Assembly: GCF_009914755.1 (NCBI RefSeq)
Contig: NC_060929.1
DNA from: the human T2T-CHM13v2.0 reference genome, Homo sapiens
DNA length: 64,000 nucleotides
Direction: 5' to 3' (one strand)
Below the pieces are notes generated by a model that was given only the letters and a program-made list of their open reading frames with translations, was not told the origin of the DNA and made no database searches. The position numbers and the translations under genes are program-made. Below, in pieces: positions 1-15,615 of this stretch (positions are counted from its first letter, which is position 1; every line of letters begins with the position of its first letter).

Positions 1-859
1 TTCATAATTTAACTATACATTTTTGGACTTTTATAAGGCTTATAATGCAGATAAAATCACAAACCTGTAAAAAATTTATTTTTGGTTGGAAAAAGTACAG
101 GTATCATAGATACCAAAAATTCAGGTATATTACTACTAGGAGTTGCCGCATCTTCATGGGTATCTATGGTGAGCCTAGTCCTTTATCTACATTATCTTTA
201 TTCTTCATACCAACCATAGAGGAAATTTTCATATTTCAAATTTTTGGAATGAGTGCTTAGGTGGCTTACCTCAAGTGAAAAATCTAATGAGGGAAGGACA
301 TTATGTCTTTTTTTTTTTTTTTTAACTCAGTCTATTTGGATGGTTCAAAATTCTATAAGTAAAACTTCCTCAAGAGAATTGTCTTTGGAGATTGCTTTTC
401 CTCCATGATTACCAGCTAGGACTGTGAAACTAAGGGAAGTGGCGATAATTCTGAAAGTTGTCCCAGACTCAGGTCAGTGAGTGACTACATGAACAGTGCT
501 AGGCAGGAGCTGCCAAATGTAGTGATAGAAGAGTTCCTAAGTCTCTCTTCACCTACCTTTCCATTTTGACCAGAGTTCATTCTAATGATGGATGTACTGG
601 AGCAGTATTCTCCTTTCACTTCTAAGGAAGGTCAGAGCAATCATTCTTTGGCAGAAAAGACAGGGCTGCTCAGAAATGCAGACCGATTTTATAAGGATTC
701 CTATTAGCATTTCTATTTCTCAGATTAGCATTGTCCATAAAGCCTCAGAAGGTTTTATTTAGTCATCCATTCATTTATCTTTCTATCTAGCCAACAAATA
801 CTTGTTAGCCATTGAACTGCTAAATGACTCTAGAGAATGAAGAGGTAAATCCATGTAAT

Positions 860-1000
860 GAAAGGAATGTCAACTTTGAAATCAGACAGACTTTAGTTGG
901 ATTCTTGTCTCTGCTACTTACGAGATTATCTAACATCTCTGAGCTTCGGTTTCATAGGCAAAGTAAACATAGTAATACCTATCCCTAAAAATGTATAAAA
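860..1000 (+). mobile_element. MIR SINE fragment
   Basis: Degenerate MIR core: tttgaaatcagacagac...ctctgctactta...tctctgagcttcggtttc...agtaatacct. Confidence 0.65.
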
Positions 1001-1167
1001 CTAAAGAAAAGTAAAACTATCAGCCTCAACATATGTATGTGGCGGCAGCAAGTATGTAAGTTGCCTAACAGAGGTCTGAAACCAAAATAGTGTTCCCTTC
1101 CTTTCTCACTCAGGCATTACAAGGCGTTAATGTACAATATGCTACTTGTGGAGGACCAACGTAGTTA

Positions 1168-4874
<3,707 letters not shown>

Positions 4875-5393
4875 TTAGGACAAGTAACTTAGCTTCAGAA
4901 AAAAAAAAAGAAAAGATTGGTCTCAGACAACTAAAATATTTAGTTTTAGATGTAGCTGATTACATACTGGATACGGGTTTTGGGTCAGAAATGAAGCTAA
5001 TTTCCCGCCTAGTAATGCCATCAATGGAAAAGTATAACATCCTTATGTCCAGTTCTACTTTTCTAAAGGAAATTCAAAGTTTGTCTGAGAAATTAATAAA
5101 GTTGGACTATTTGTTTGCTGCTGTTAGATGAGGTTGGGTGCTCAACAGCATGCTCCTTCATGGTTGAAAGAAACTGCTGATAGTACATATGTTCCTGGCT
5201 TCAGTAGTGGTACAGGAGGGACGTCAACTGATGTGTTTGCATCGGTCGATACTGGGAAAAATTTCCAGACAAGAACATTTTGAACATAGTAGGGCTTTCT
5301 TTTTCACACACTCCCAGTTCAGTTGATGATGAGTCTTGGGTAAAATGAAAACACTGAAATTTGTAGTACAGTTTTGATGCAAAAAAAGAAAAT

Positions 5394-5566
5394 TACCTTA
5401 TTTTTAATTTTTCTTATGTAGAGACAGAGTCTCACTGTGTCCCCCAGGCTGGAGTCCATTGGTGCAGTCCTAGCTCACTGTAACCTAACCCCTGTGCTCA
5501 AGCCATCCTCCTGCCTCAATCTCCCAAGTAGCTGGATCTATAGGTACATGCCACCAGACCCAGTCC
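5394..5566 (-). mobile_element. Old Alu monomer (FRAM/AluJ right arm) inside the DDX4 pseudogene 3'UTR
   Basis: gagacagagtctcactgtgtc..caggctggag..cctcccaagtagctgg; flanked by aaaagaaaat repeats (5384-5393 and 5569-5578). Confidence 0.8.
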
Positions 5567-6459
5567 AGAAAAGAAAATGCTTCTGATTTTTGAATTTTTA
5601 ATATGTGTGAAATCTGACATCCTGGTATCTCCTGTTCTATTCCTACTCTCACCCTTAAAACAAATATTTACTGACTAGTAATGTGAAATGCTGTAAGCTG
5701 CAACATTGCAGTTACTGATACCAATGGAATTCACTGAAGAGATTAATGCATTCTAAATGTCTTGATTTTTACTTAAAAAAAACACCATTAAGGAGCTTAC
5801 CATCTACTTGAGAGGAAAATAGATAATAATGAAAATAGATGAAAAATATTCTTCAGGCCATAAAATGGAGAGAGAGTTGTTCCACTGGGAGTATAAAGAG
5901 CTAACTTTCAGTCCACAAGATTGAGAATTTCATTATTATGAACTAGTCTTTCCTAAATCAATAGTAATAGCCCACATGGATCTCCTTCCCTCTACCTAGT
6001 TTAATTGACCCCTCTTGTTTTCCACATTGGCTTCAGTGTAATTAGAGGAAGAGGAAAAATTCAGCTGGAAATCAGAAAAGCACACTTTTTACCCTTTCCA
6101 GAAAAGAAAGTATTTACATCAGTGCTCCACTCAAGTCTCTACCCTTTGGTTTTGCCCAGTCTGTCTGTGGTATTTGCCTAACCTTTCTTGGAAAACCCTT
6201 TTGGTAATGTCCCCTTGAAAACCATAGCTTGAGTGAAAGCCACAAGGAGCCTGCAAATCTGCAAACCACAGCTCACCTCATGACTTCGAATCTCTATCAA
6301 GTGTCCCCAGTTTACCCTGAAGGCAGTGCAAGTCCTCTCAAAGTTAGACAGCCTATCTGTACTTTCACATTAGTGAATATCAATGATTTATTTCTCAATT
6401 CTTCTTCTTTTTGCTCCAGGATCTTTCCTTATTGAGGTAGCGATTTTTTTTTTTTTTTC

Positions 6460-6600
6460 AGATTTTATTTTGAAGGAATTATAGATTCACAGGTAGTTGC
6501 AGTCTACTTTTACCCAGTTTTCCTTAGTTGTTCCATCTTTCCTAGTTACATTATAATATCAAAATCCGGAATTTGTTATTGGTTCAATGTATGTGTATAG
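6460..6600 (-). mobile_element. Old L1MC-type 3'UTR fragment
   Basis: ttttattttgaaggaattatagattcacaggtagttgc..ttacccagtttt..ataatatcaaaa resembles the L1MC4/5 3' end. Confidence 0.55.
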
Positions 6601-7389
6601 AGGCAGTGTTTTTTTTTTGTTTGTTTGTTTGTTTGTTTTGCATTCCTTACTGCTTTTTACAAAAGTACTTCCTCTAGTACTCACAATTTCTTACTGTAGT
6701 TAATTCCTAAATTGGGCTGACAGTGTGCAGAAGCCACAGTTATGCCAAATATACTCTGTGCCAATTTTCCTGTAGGCACAAGCTTTCCAAAATAAACATG
6801 TCCCCAACATCAGGAATCTTTTTTATGTAAACTCTGGCAAGACAGTTACAACATCCACAGTACATGTAGAAAATGTGAGTTGTTTAGGAAAATCTCAAAA
6901 TAAGATATTTGGTAACCCTATTTTAATTATCATAGCCAATAACTAAATACATAATAATGTTACTTTACTTCATTATGGTTAATTTTTTTGTGGAAGTTAA
7001 CTTTATTTGCAGTTAACAAAGTTACTGTATATCCACTTTCTCAGTTACATTATGTTAAAAATGTTATACGTTTTTTTCTACATCACAAACATGCAACTAT
7101 GACCTAGAGACAGTGAAGAAAATGAGTGGAATGAGGGAGAAGACATTCTCCCCCATCACTGCCATGATTAGGTTTTTCTACTCCAAAGTAAGAGTTATCA
7201 GTTCTACTTTAATCTGAATATAAGCAGTCTGGTTAAAAATTCAAGTGGTGTTTAAGGAAACTACTTTCTCCTTCCCACTTTTCACAAACTATAATATCAA
7301 TTTTTGATCTAGGAGTAAAATTTTCAGAATCTAGGTGAGCTCTGAATTTGAATATATAGAAGTCCTAGCCCCTGATGTGATGGTGCAAA

Positions 7390-10300
7390 TTTTAGCCCTT
7401 GAACATGGGGATTAGGAATGTCAACAGTCCCTGTAGTTGAAAATTAATTTGTAACTTCTGACTCCCCCAAAACTTAATCACTATTAGTCTACTGTTAAAC
7501 AGAAGCCTCATCAATAATAGAAACAGTTGATTAACACGTATTTTATGTTATATGTATTATATACTGTATTCTTACAATAAAGTAAGCTAGAGAAAAGAGA
7601 ATGTTAATAAAAAATTATATGGAAGAGAAAATATATTTACTATTCATTAAGTGGAAGTGCATCATCATAAAGTTCTTCATCCTCATCATTATCCCATTAA
7701 AAAGGCTGAGGAAAGAAGAAAGAGGAGGGGTTGGTCTTGCTGTCTCATGAGTGACAGAGGTAGAGGAGATAGAAAGGGAAGCAGGAGAGACAGGCACACT
7801 CAGTGTAACTTTATGAAAATATCAGTCTGGATTTTTTTGCTTTTTCATTTCTCTAAATATATTTCTGTATGGTACCAACCCTTCTTCCATTGTTTGCTTT
7901 AGTTTCAGTGCCCATATCATGGAAGGGGCCATGTTGTGAAATAAGACGGAAGCAGTATCACATAACCAGAACCCTTCTACCAGATTGTCTACTGTCAATT
8001 TGTTTCCTGATACTGTTTCTTCGATATCTTCTTCCTCATCATCTGGCACTGGCTTGGAAGTACTCATCTCCAGCTACTAGCTGGAGATTCACCTTCTGTT
8101 AACTGCTCTGGTGTGGTGTCTGTTAGCTCTTGAATTTCCCTAAGATCCATATCTTAAACTCTTCACCTCCCAACTTTTTTTTTTCCTTATCCACAATCTC
8201 TTTCATGATTTCCTTGATTGGCTTTGTCATAAATCCTGTGAAATCATGCACAACCTCTGACACAGTTTTCTCTAGCAGGAATTTGTTGTTTCTGGCTTGA
8301 TGGGTTTCATGGCTTTTGCTATAACAATAATGGCATCTTCAAATGTGTGATCCTTCCAGACTTTCATGATGTTCTCCATATTGGGATTCTCTTCCACAGC
8401 ACTGACAATCCTTTCCATAGAGTACTGTGTGTAATGAGCCTTACAGGTCTTTGAGGTCTCCTGATCTAGAGACTGAATTAGAGACCTTGTATTTGGGAGC
8501 ATGTAACCCACTTCAACACCCTTGATGCTGAACTCATGGGGCTCTGTGAGGCCAAGGGCATTTTCCAATATTAAAAGAACTTTAAGACAGTCCTTTACTG
8601 GCAAGGTGCTTCCTGACTTCAGGGACAAAGCATCAGTGGAAACAATCCAGAAAAAGGATTCTCTGTTCAGGCCTTCTTGTTGTACAACCAAAAGACTGGC
8701 AACTGGTGTTTATCTTTTCCCTTCAAGACTCAGGGGTTAGTAGCTTTATAGATAAAAACAGTCCTGATCATAAACCTGACTGGATTTGCACAAAACAGTG
8801 CAGTTAGCCTATCCCATCTTGCCTTAAATCCTGATGCTTGCCTTTCTTTCTTACCAATAAATGTTCTCTGTGGCATTTTTTTCCCCAGAATAAGACACTA
8901 TGGTCTGCATTAAAAATGTATTTGGGCCTATACCTTTTCTCTTCAGTGATTTTCTTAATAGCAACTTGTTTGCTGCTTCATAGTTGGCAGAAACTGTTCC
9001 TCTTGTTATCTTGACATTATTTAAGCCAAATCTCTTTCTAAAATGATCAAACCATCCATTGCTTGCATTAAATTCTCCAGCTTTAGATCCTTCATATTCC
9101 TTTTGCTTGAAGTTGTCATATAATGACATTGCTTTTTCTTGAATTGTATTAAGGTCTATAGGTATATCTTTCTCATAGTAATCCTGAACCCGCATAAAAG
9201 CTGCATTTTCAATATGAAACAAAAAGGTATTTCACACTTTCCGTGTAAGTCAGAAGTGAAAAAAAGAAGTACTTCACAAAAAGCACAAGATTTTCACACC
9301 TGTTGGTGCAGCTTCAGCAAAAGCTTCACAATTTTCCCTTTTTGTTACAATGGTCCTTACTCCACATATTGGCCTGCTCTTGTGTTGCTATAAAGAAATA
9401 CCTGAGGCTGATAATTTATAAAGAAAAGAAGTTTAACAGGGTCACGGTTTTGCAGGCTGTACAAGCATAGATCCAGCATCTGCTCCTGGGGAGGACCTCA
9501 AGAATCTTCCAATCTTGGCAGAAGGGAAGGGGGAACCAGCATGTCACATGGCCATAGTGGGAGCAAAAGAGGGGAGGGGAGGTGCCACACTCTTTTAAAC
9601 AACCAGATCTTGGGTGAACTTAGAGCAAAGATTCACTCATTATCACAAGGACAGCAACAAGCCATTCATGAGGGATCCATTCAGTAATGCAAACACCTCC
9701 TGCCAAGCCCCATCTCCAACATTGGGGTTTATGTTTCAACATGGAATTTGGAGAGGACAAACATCCAAACTATATCACCCTGGATTCATTTTCATTGAAA
9801 CAGTGGGCAACTGCAGCTGCAGATCTCAATTTATGGTGAATATCAAGCAATTCAACTTTTCCTTGTAATGTCATGACTTTGCTTATTGGGAGCACTTTCA
9901 GCATCACTAGTAGCACTTCATATGGATCCCATGGTTTTATTTAAATTTTGTGGTGTTGTACTAACCATGATGAAAAATACATAAGAACTGCAAGAAAGAA
10001 CTTTTTACTGCAATACAAAATTTACTGGAAAGACAGCTGCTCCTGTGGAGATGATTAGAGTGTTTTACAAGGATGCTTGCAACACTTGAGCTCACAGTAA
10101 TAGCAACAGGAGGAAGCTACAAAATTGTCACAGTAATACAACAGGTACTATAGTTAATTTTATGCAGTTATTCTTTAATACCGCATCTTCACCTATCTTG
10201 GCATTTCTCTTGACTGCAAATGGTACTTTGTATGGTCTGTGTTTATAAGCTTTGACAACTTTCAACTTTTTTATTTTGTGATAGAAATGAGAAAATAGAC

Positions 10301-10400
10301 TAGTATCTACATCTATTTACACATTCATAAGATATCTAACTTTTTCTTAATTTTTTTAATATTTCTAGTCTACAAAGTTCATCTTCAAGTTTTTTCAAGG
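7390..10400 (-). mobile_element. Near-full-length Tigger2 (pogo/TcMar) DNA transposon with decayed transposase
   Basis: The end matches the Tigger2 terminus (cccttgaaca..gactccccaaaacttaa..tacaataaagtaagctagagaaaag). Minus ORFs 8851..9222 (CENP-B-type HTH, FNASNGWFDHFRKRFGL), 8272..8691 (DDE region, LLILENA..PNTRSLIQSLDQ) and 7822..8067. Confidence 0.9.
9365..9777 (-). mobile_element. MaLR solo LTR (MSTB-like) inserted in Tigger2
   Basis: ttgctataaagaaatacctgag..tttataaagaaaagaagtttaa..acatccaaactatatca; Tigger2 sequence resumes on both sides. Confidence 0.85.
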
Positions 10401-10500
10401 CTTTATTTTCTTCAGAGAACATTGAATAGGAATATTTCTTGTAATCCTATTCTCAAACTACAGTGATTTAGGGGCCATTTTAATTTGTGTCATGATATAA

Positions 10501-10858
<358 letters not shown>

Positions 10859-10927
10859 CCCTCTGTATTCTTTCGTGGCTAGGAAACCAAAAGAATTGTG
10901 ACTATCGTAGGCATCAGTAAGCGTTGT

Positions 10928-11305
10928 GTTTTTTCTTTTTCAACTTTTATTTTAGGTTCTAAGGGTGCATGTGCAGGTTCATTATATGGGTAAATTGTGA
11001 GTCTCTGGGGTTTGGTATACAAATTATTTAGTCACCTAGGTAGTGAGCATAGTATCTGATAGGTTCAAGTAGTCCCCATTGTCTATTATTCCCCTTTTTG
11101 TGTCTATGTGTATTCAATGTTTAGCTTCCACTTATAAATGAGAACGTGAGGTATTTGATTTTCTGTTCCTGCATTAATTTGCTTAAGATAATGGCTCCCA
11201 ACTCCATCCACGTTACTGCAAAGGATATAATTTTATTCTTTTTTATGGCTGCATAGTACCCCATGGTGTATACGTACCACCTTTAAAAAAAATCCAGTCC
11301 AGTGT
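10928..11305 (-). mobile_element. L1PA15/16-like 3' end fragment
   Basis: caacttttattttaggttc..gtcacctaggtagtgagcatagta..gcttccacttataaatgagaac..ttatggctgcatagta. Confidence 0.8.
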
Positions 11306-11614
11306 TCGTAAAGCATGAAGCACTCTTTATCTGAAAAAATTATTTATATGAACATATGATTTCTCAATAATGTCAAATGGATAACTTGTTTCTATATTAT
11401 TAACATTGAACAAGCGGAGGAAAATGTATCTTTCTCATCCTGTGCTATTTCTCATTAAGATTTAAATTATAAGAGGTAGGTTTATATGTTTTTCAACATT
11501 CAACAATTTTTTAATGTACCATTACATTAAATAAGAAAATATGCTTGGGATTTTAAAAAAGGAAAAACTGAAGAAAATGGCTCTGCCAGTAATTTTGTGG
11601 CATTATGTCTTATT

Positions 11615-11745
11615 CATTCTGTGGTTCAGTTTCTCAGTTTGTGAAACATGAACAGTAATAGTATCTATCCCATAGGGTCATTGTGAGAACTAAATTAATT
11701 TTAAAATAAGGCATGTAGAACTATGCCTAGCACTTATATGTGTTA
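11615..11745 (+). mobile_element. MIR fragment
   Basis: tcagtttctcagtttgtgaaacatgaacagtaatagtatctatcccatagggtcattgtgagaactaaat. Confidence 0.7.
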
Positions 11746-12261
11746 ACTATTATAATGTGGTAACTATTATTAACACTTATATGTGTTAACTATTATTAAT
11801 GATGATGATTATATCCTCTTTTGAAAATGTGAAATACCAACAACTAAAATATCAGGTATTTAGAAGACAAGAAATAAAAGTAGCAGGTTATAAAATATTT
11901 AGAAGTAAGTTCCAGGTGCGGCGAGATCTGAAGTTTATATAATTGGGAGAAGCTTTTATAAGGAAATAGGAAAAAGGTTTTACAAGGAAGTAGGAGAAGC
12001 TTTTATAAGGAAAATAAATTTATAACAAAATTACAAATATAAAGTTAAGATTGATGGCTTCTCATATCAGCACTGCTTAGAAAAAAAAAGAGAAAAAAAG
12101 CAAAAATAGATACATACCTCAGTAGGAAAATAGCCAAAAAGTTGCACATTCATATACTAGCATACCAGATAGTCATTAAAGATAATGATAAATGTACTAA
12201 CATGAGAAGGGATGTGGGGTATATTATTAAGTGGGAAAAGCAAAATTAGTTATGGCAGGCA

Positions 12262-12690
12262 TGGTAGTTGCCTATCAGTAACTATTGCTTCAGTTTTTCT
12301 TACAAAGAAACCTCTGATCTTATTCAGGAAGACAATGTGCTCAGCTTTAAAAAAAATTGTGGTTTAGACGCCTTTGCACCTTGGTGGGGCCAAGTGGCAG
12401 TATTCTGACTGATGGGTTGTGAGGGGTCATCACTGCTCTTTGTCCTTTCCACTCTTCCTCCGTGGAAGGTGAAAAAATGCTGGTGATATAGCAGCTATTT
12501 GGGGTCCTAAGGTAACAAACGTATGAGTAAAAGTAACAATTAATGGTAAAATTGGAAAGATATAAAGAATCTGGGTCTCTCTTGGCATTGTGGATCTCCT
12601 ACCAGTCTTCGGCTTATTATTTCATAAAGATAAGTGCTCCTTGGGTTATTTATTTTTTATACAGCTGAAAGTAAATTGTGACTGATACAC
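12262..12690 (+). mobile_element. MLT1-type (MaLR) LTR, degraded
   Basis: Ends with the MLT1-like cagctgaaa..ctgataca; internal gcagctatttgggg and ctgggtctct motifs. Confidence 0.55.
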
Positions 12691-12938
12691 ATGTAGTCTA
12701 ATCTATGTATAATGTATATTAGAATAATGTAATATAGGCAAACAGAGACATCCATGTAAAATGGACTGAAAGGATAACCAGCAAACTCAGAAGTGTGGTT
12801 GCCCTGGAAAGGAAAGCAGTCATAAGAGGGAAATGCTCTCATTTTGTTTAGTGTTTTTTTTAGATTTGAATCTTTTCCAGTGAATATATTTATATCATTT
12901 TAAACAACAAAAAGGAGAGCATTTTTAATACCATTCTT

Positions 12939-12942
<4 letters not shown>

Positions 12943-12987
<45 letters not shown>

Positions 12988-12990
12988 TGT
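12943..12990. repeat. (TG)n microsatellite
   Basis: About 22 uninterrupted TG units. Confidence 0.98.
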
Positions 12991-13211
12991 GAGATAGGAC
13001 ATTTTGTCTTTCACGTTGTATTGGGAAAAACAGGTGAACAAGTTTGGAAATTCAGGCTATAACCTTTATGTGATTTTAAATTTAGCTACTCACACTAAAA
13101 ATATTCCCTTAATCTTTTTTATCTTCAACTCATTACCATTGCAAAATCCTCTAAGCATGCATACTCTCGTACTGAGTCACCTGCTGCAGTCTGCAAAGCT
13201 CTGATCACTGT

Positions 13212-13307
13212 GGTTTGTGTTTAGGGCCGTCTGTAGAGGATTTTTTAGGGCCGTCTGTAGAGGATTAGGGCCATCTGTAGAGGTTTGTGTTTAGGGCCGT
13301 CTGCAGG
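13212..13307. repeat. Irregular 4-copy minisatellite (ttagggccgtctgtagagg)
   Basis: Units start at 13221, 13245, 13265 and 13291 with variable spacers. Confidence 0.9.
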
Positions 13308-15021
13308 GTCTGGGAAACATCACACTCTGTACTCTTCTCCAACATTTTCATTAAGAATAAATATTTGTGAATCATTATCAAGAACAGCATTCAAGGGGAA
13401 AACCAGGCTAAATGACACAGTGTAAATAAGAGGTTTGTACAGAAATGGGTACTAAGTTTTAGAAGCAAGCAGACAGCCCCAAGTTTGAATTGGAATGCCT
13501 TAAGTCATTTTGAGAGTAGTTAACATCTCTCTCTATGGATAGCTATACAGTTGCTGCAGCTTAGTCTCAACAGAAACACAGGCTATGAAGACAGTCTACT
13601 TTTGTTTTTTAAAAAAATGCTGTCTTTTCGAATTATTCTCCTTTAGTCAATATTTCAATAAACACATATTGAATACCTGTAATGCCCCAGGCACTGGACT
13701 CAAATTTGGGTGAAGAGCATGGCACGAAGAGAGGGGGATGCAGTCTAATAACTCTTGAGATCCATTTCTCCCTGTGTCTTCCCAGGACACGGGGAGTTGG
13801 CATATTTAGTGGTCAGATAGGAAGTCATTAGTCAAAAAAAAAAAAGAAGTAAGAGAATGTAAAAGAAGCAAACAGATACCAAGAGTCGGAAACAGGCTAA
13901 GGATCAAAAGCAGAAACATCCGTTCAAGCCAAAGTAAACTCAGGGCATTCCTTCTATCCACCCATCTATTCAAATAACACTAACAGAAAGCTTGCTAAGT
14001 ACAGGCATCATGATAGCTGTTGTGGAGAATTCACAGATATGAAAAACCATAGATCCTGTCCTTAAAGGATTTACAGACTAATGGACTAATGAGGAGGATA
14101 AGTATAATCAAATAATTCTGTCACAGATCAGCCAGCATTCATTAAGTGTCATAAGAGAAGTTCAATCAAGGGCCAAGAACCCCACTGGAGTGGGACACTA
14201 TTTTTGGCTGGGCAATCAGAGAAGCCCTGTCAGGAGAGGTTTGAAAAACGAGAATGACTTTGACAGGACCAAATGGAGAAAGAAGCAGGAGAAGGGCATT
14301 GTAGACTGTGACACTGGCAGAAACAAGAATAAAAAGCATTCGAGTTGAAGGCAGGGGAACCCAGTGCGCTACAAACAGTGAGAAGTCCACTGACTCAGAA
14401 ACAAGCTTTTCAGATGATGTTCAACAGATCTTGCAGGAGGAGGTTATCTCTTGATCCAGGCCATCCTATGGCAGTGTCTTTATCTGATCTGTAACTTGGA
14501 TTTCTACTTAAGTTTTTATTTGGAAAAAAACGAAGCTCTGTTTACTAAAAATATTTTAAAACCTGAAAACCACTAAGAGCATCAATGGGTTAACATAAGA
14601 AATGATAGAAATGTGCTCAGAAGAATGTCTGGGCAGACCTTGAAGGCATTAAATGACCAGGGGAATTTCTTTTTTACCGAGGGCGATGGTGGGGTCTCTG
14701 GGAAACCTTTAAAGAAGAAATTAACACTAGAAAAAAAATGAATTATGAAATGACTGTTGCACATCGGGTCAGAAAGGAGCAGAGACTGCAGTCACAGACA
14801 GTGATCAAAAGGAGATGGCAGAAGTTCAGGGAAAATATTAAGGGCCTGCGTGAGGGTACAGAGAGAAGGGACAAGGGAAAAAGGAATTGTCAAAGGACAT
14901 TTAGAAAGAGGATTTACCAGTCCTTGTAATTGCATAAATAAGTGAGAGGTAAGTTAATGACTTAGATCTCCTTTAATGTTTGTTTAATATTTATATTTGT
15001 GAGTGATATACAGACATACAC

Positions 15022-15615
15022 ATTTTAATAGACTTCAATTTTCAGACCACTTTTAGATGTAGAGAAAAAATTCAAAGATAGGACAGAGAGCTTCCATATA
15101 CTCTTCACTGAGTTTCTCCTATTCACATTTAACATTAGCATGGTACATTTGTTACAATTAATAAACCAATATTGATATATTACTGTTATTAGCTAAATTT
15201 CATACTTTATTCCTATTTTCTTAGTTTCTACCTCTTTTTCTGTTGTAGGATTTTATCCAGGATACCACATTACATTAAGTCATCAGGTCCCCTTAGGCTG
15301 TGACAGTTTCTCAGACTTTACTTCTTTTTGGTGACCTTAACAGTTTTGAGGATTATTGGTCAGTTATTTTGTAGAATGGCCATCTATTGGGACTTATCTG
15401 ATGTTTTTCTCATGATTAAACTGGGGTTATGGGTTTTGGAAGGAAAACCACAGAGGTATTGTGCTATTTTTATTATATCACGTCAGGGGTACATGCTATC
15501 AATGTGACTTTCCACTGTTGATGTTGACCTTCATGACCTGGTTGAAGCAATATTTGTCAGGTGCCTCCACTGCAAAGTTACCCCTTTTTCCCTTTTCATG
15601 CTGTATTCTCTAGAA
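15022..15615 (-). mobile_element. L1MC4-like 3'UTR fragment
   Basis: ggtacatttgttacaatt..ccaggataccacattacatt..gtgacagtttctcagactt..gttttgagga..ttttgtagaatg. Confidence 0.75.

Noticed and set aside
1021-1053. QPQHMYVAAAS as a further upstream DDX4 segment (EPECIIVAPTR)
   Set aside because: Only about half the bases match and the intervening sequence does not align; it may be chance.
13212-13307. CRISPR-like array or interstitial telomere
   Set aside because: The context is eukaryotic, there are no unique spacers, and the TTAGGG hexamers are not tandem.
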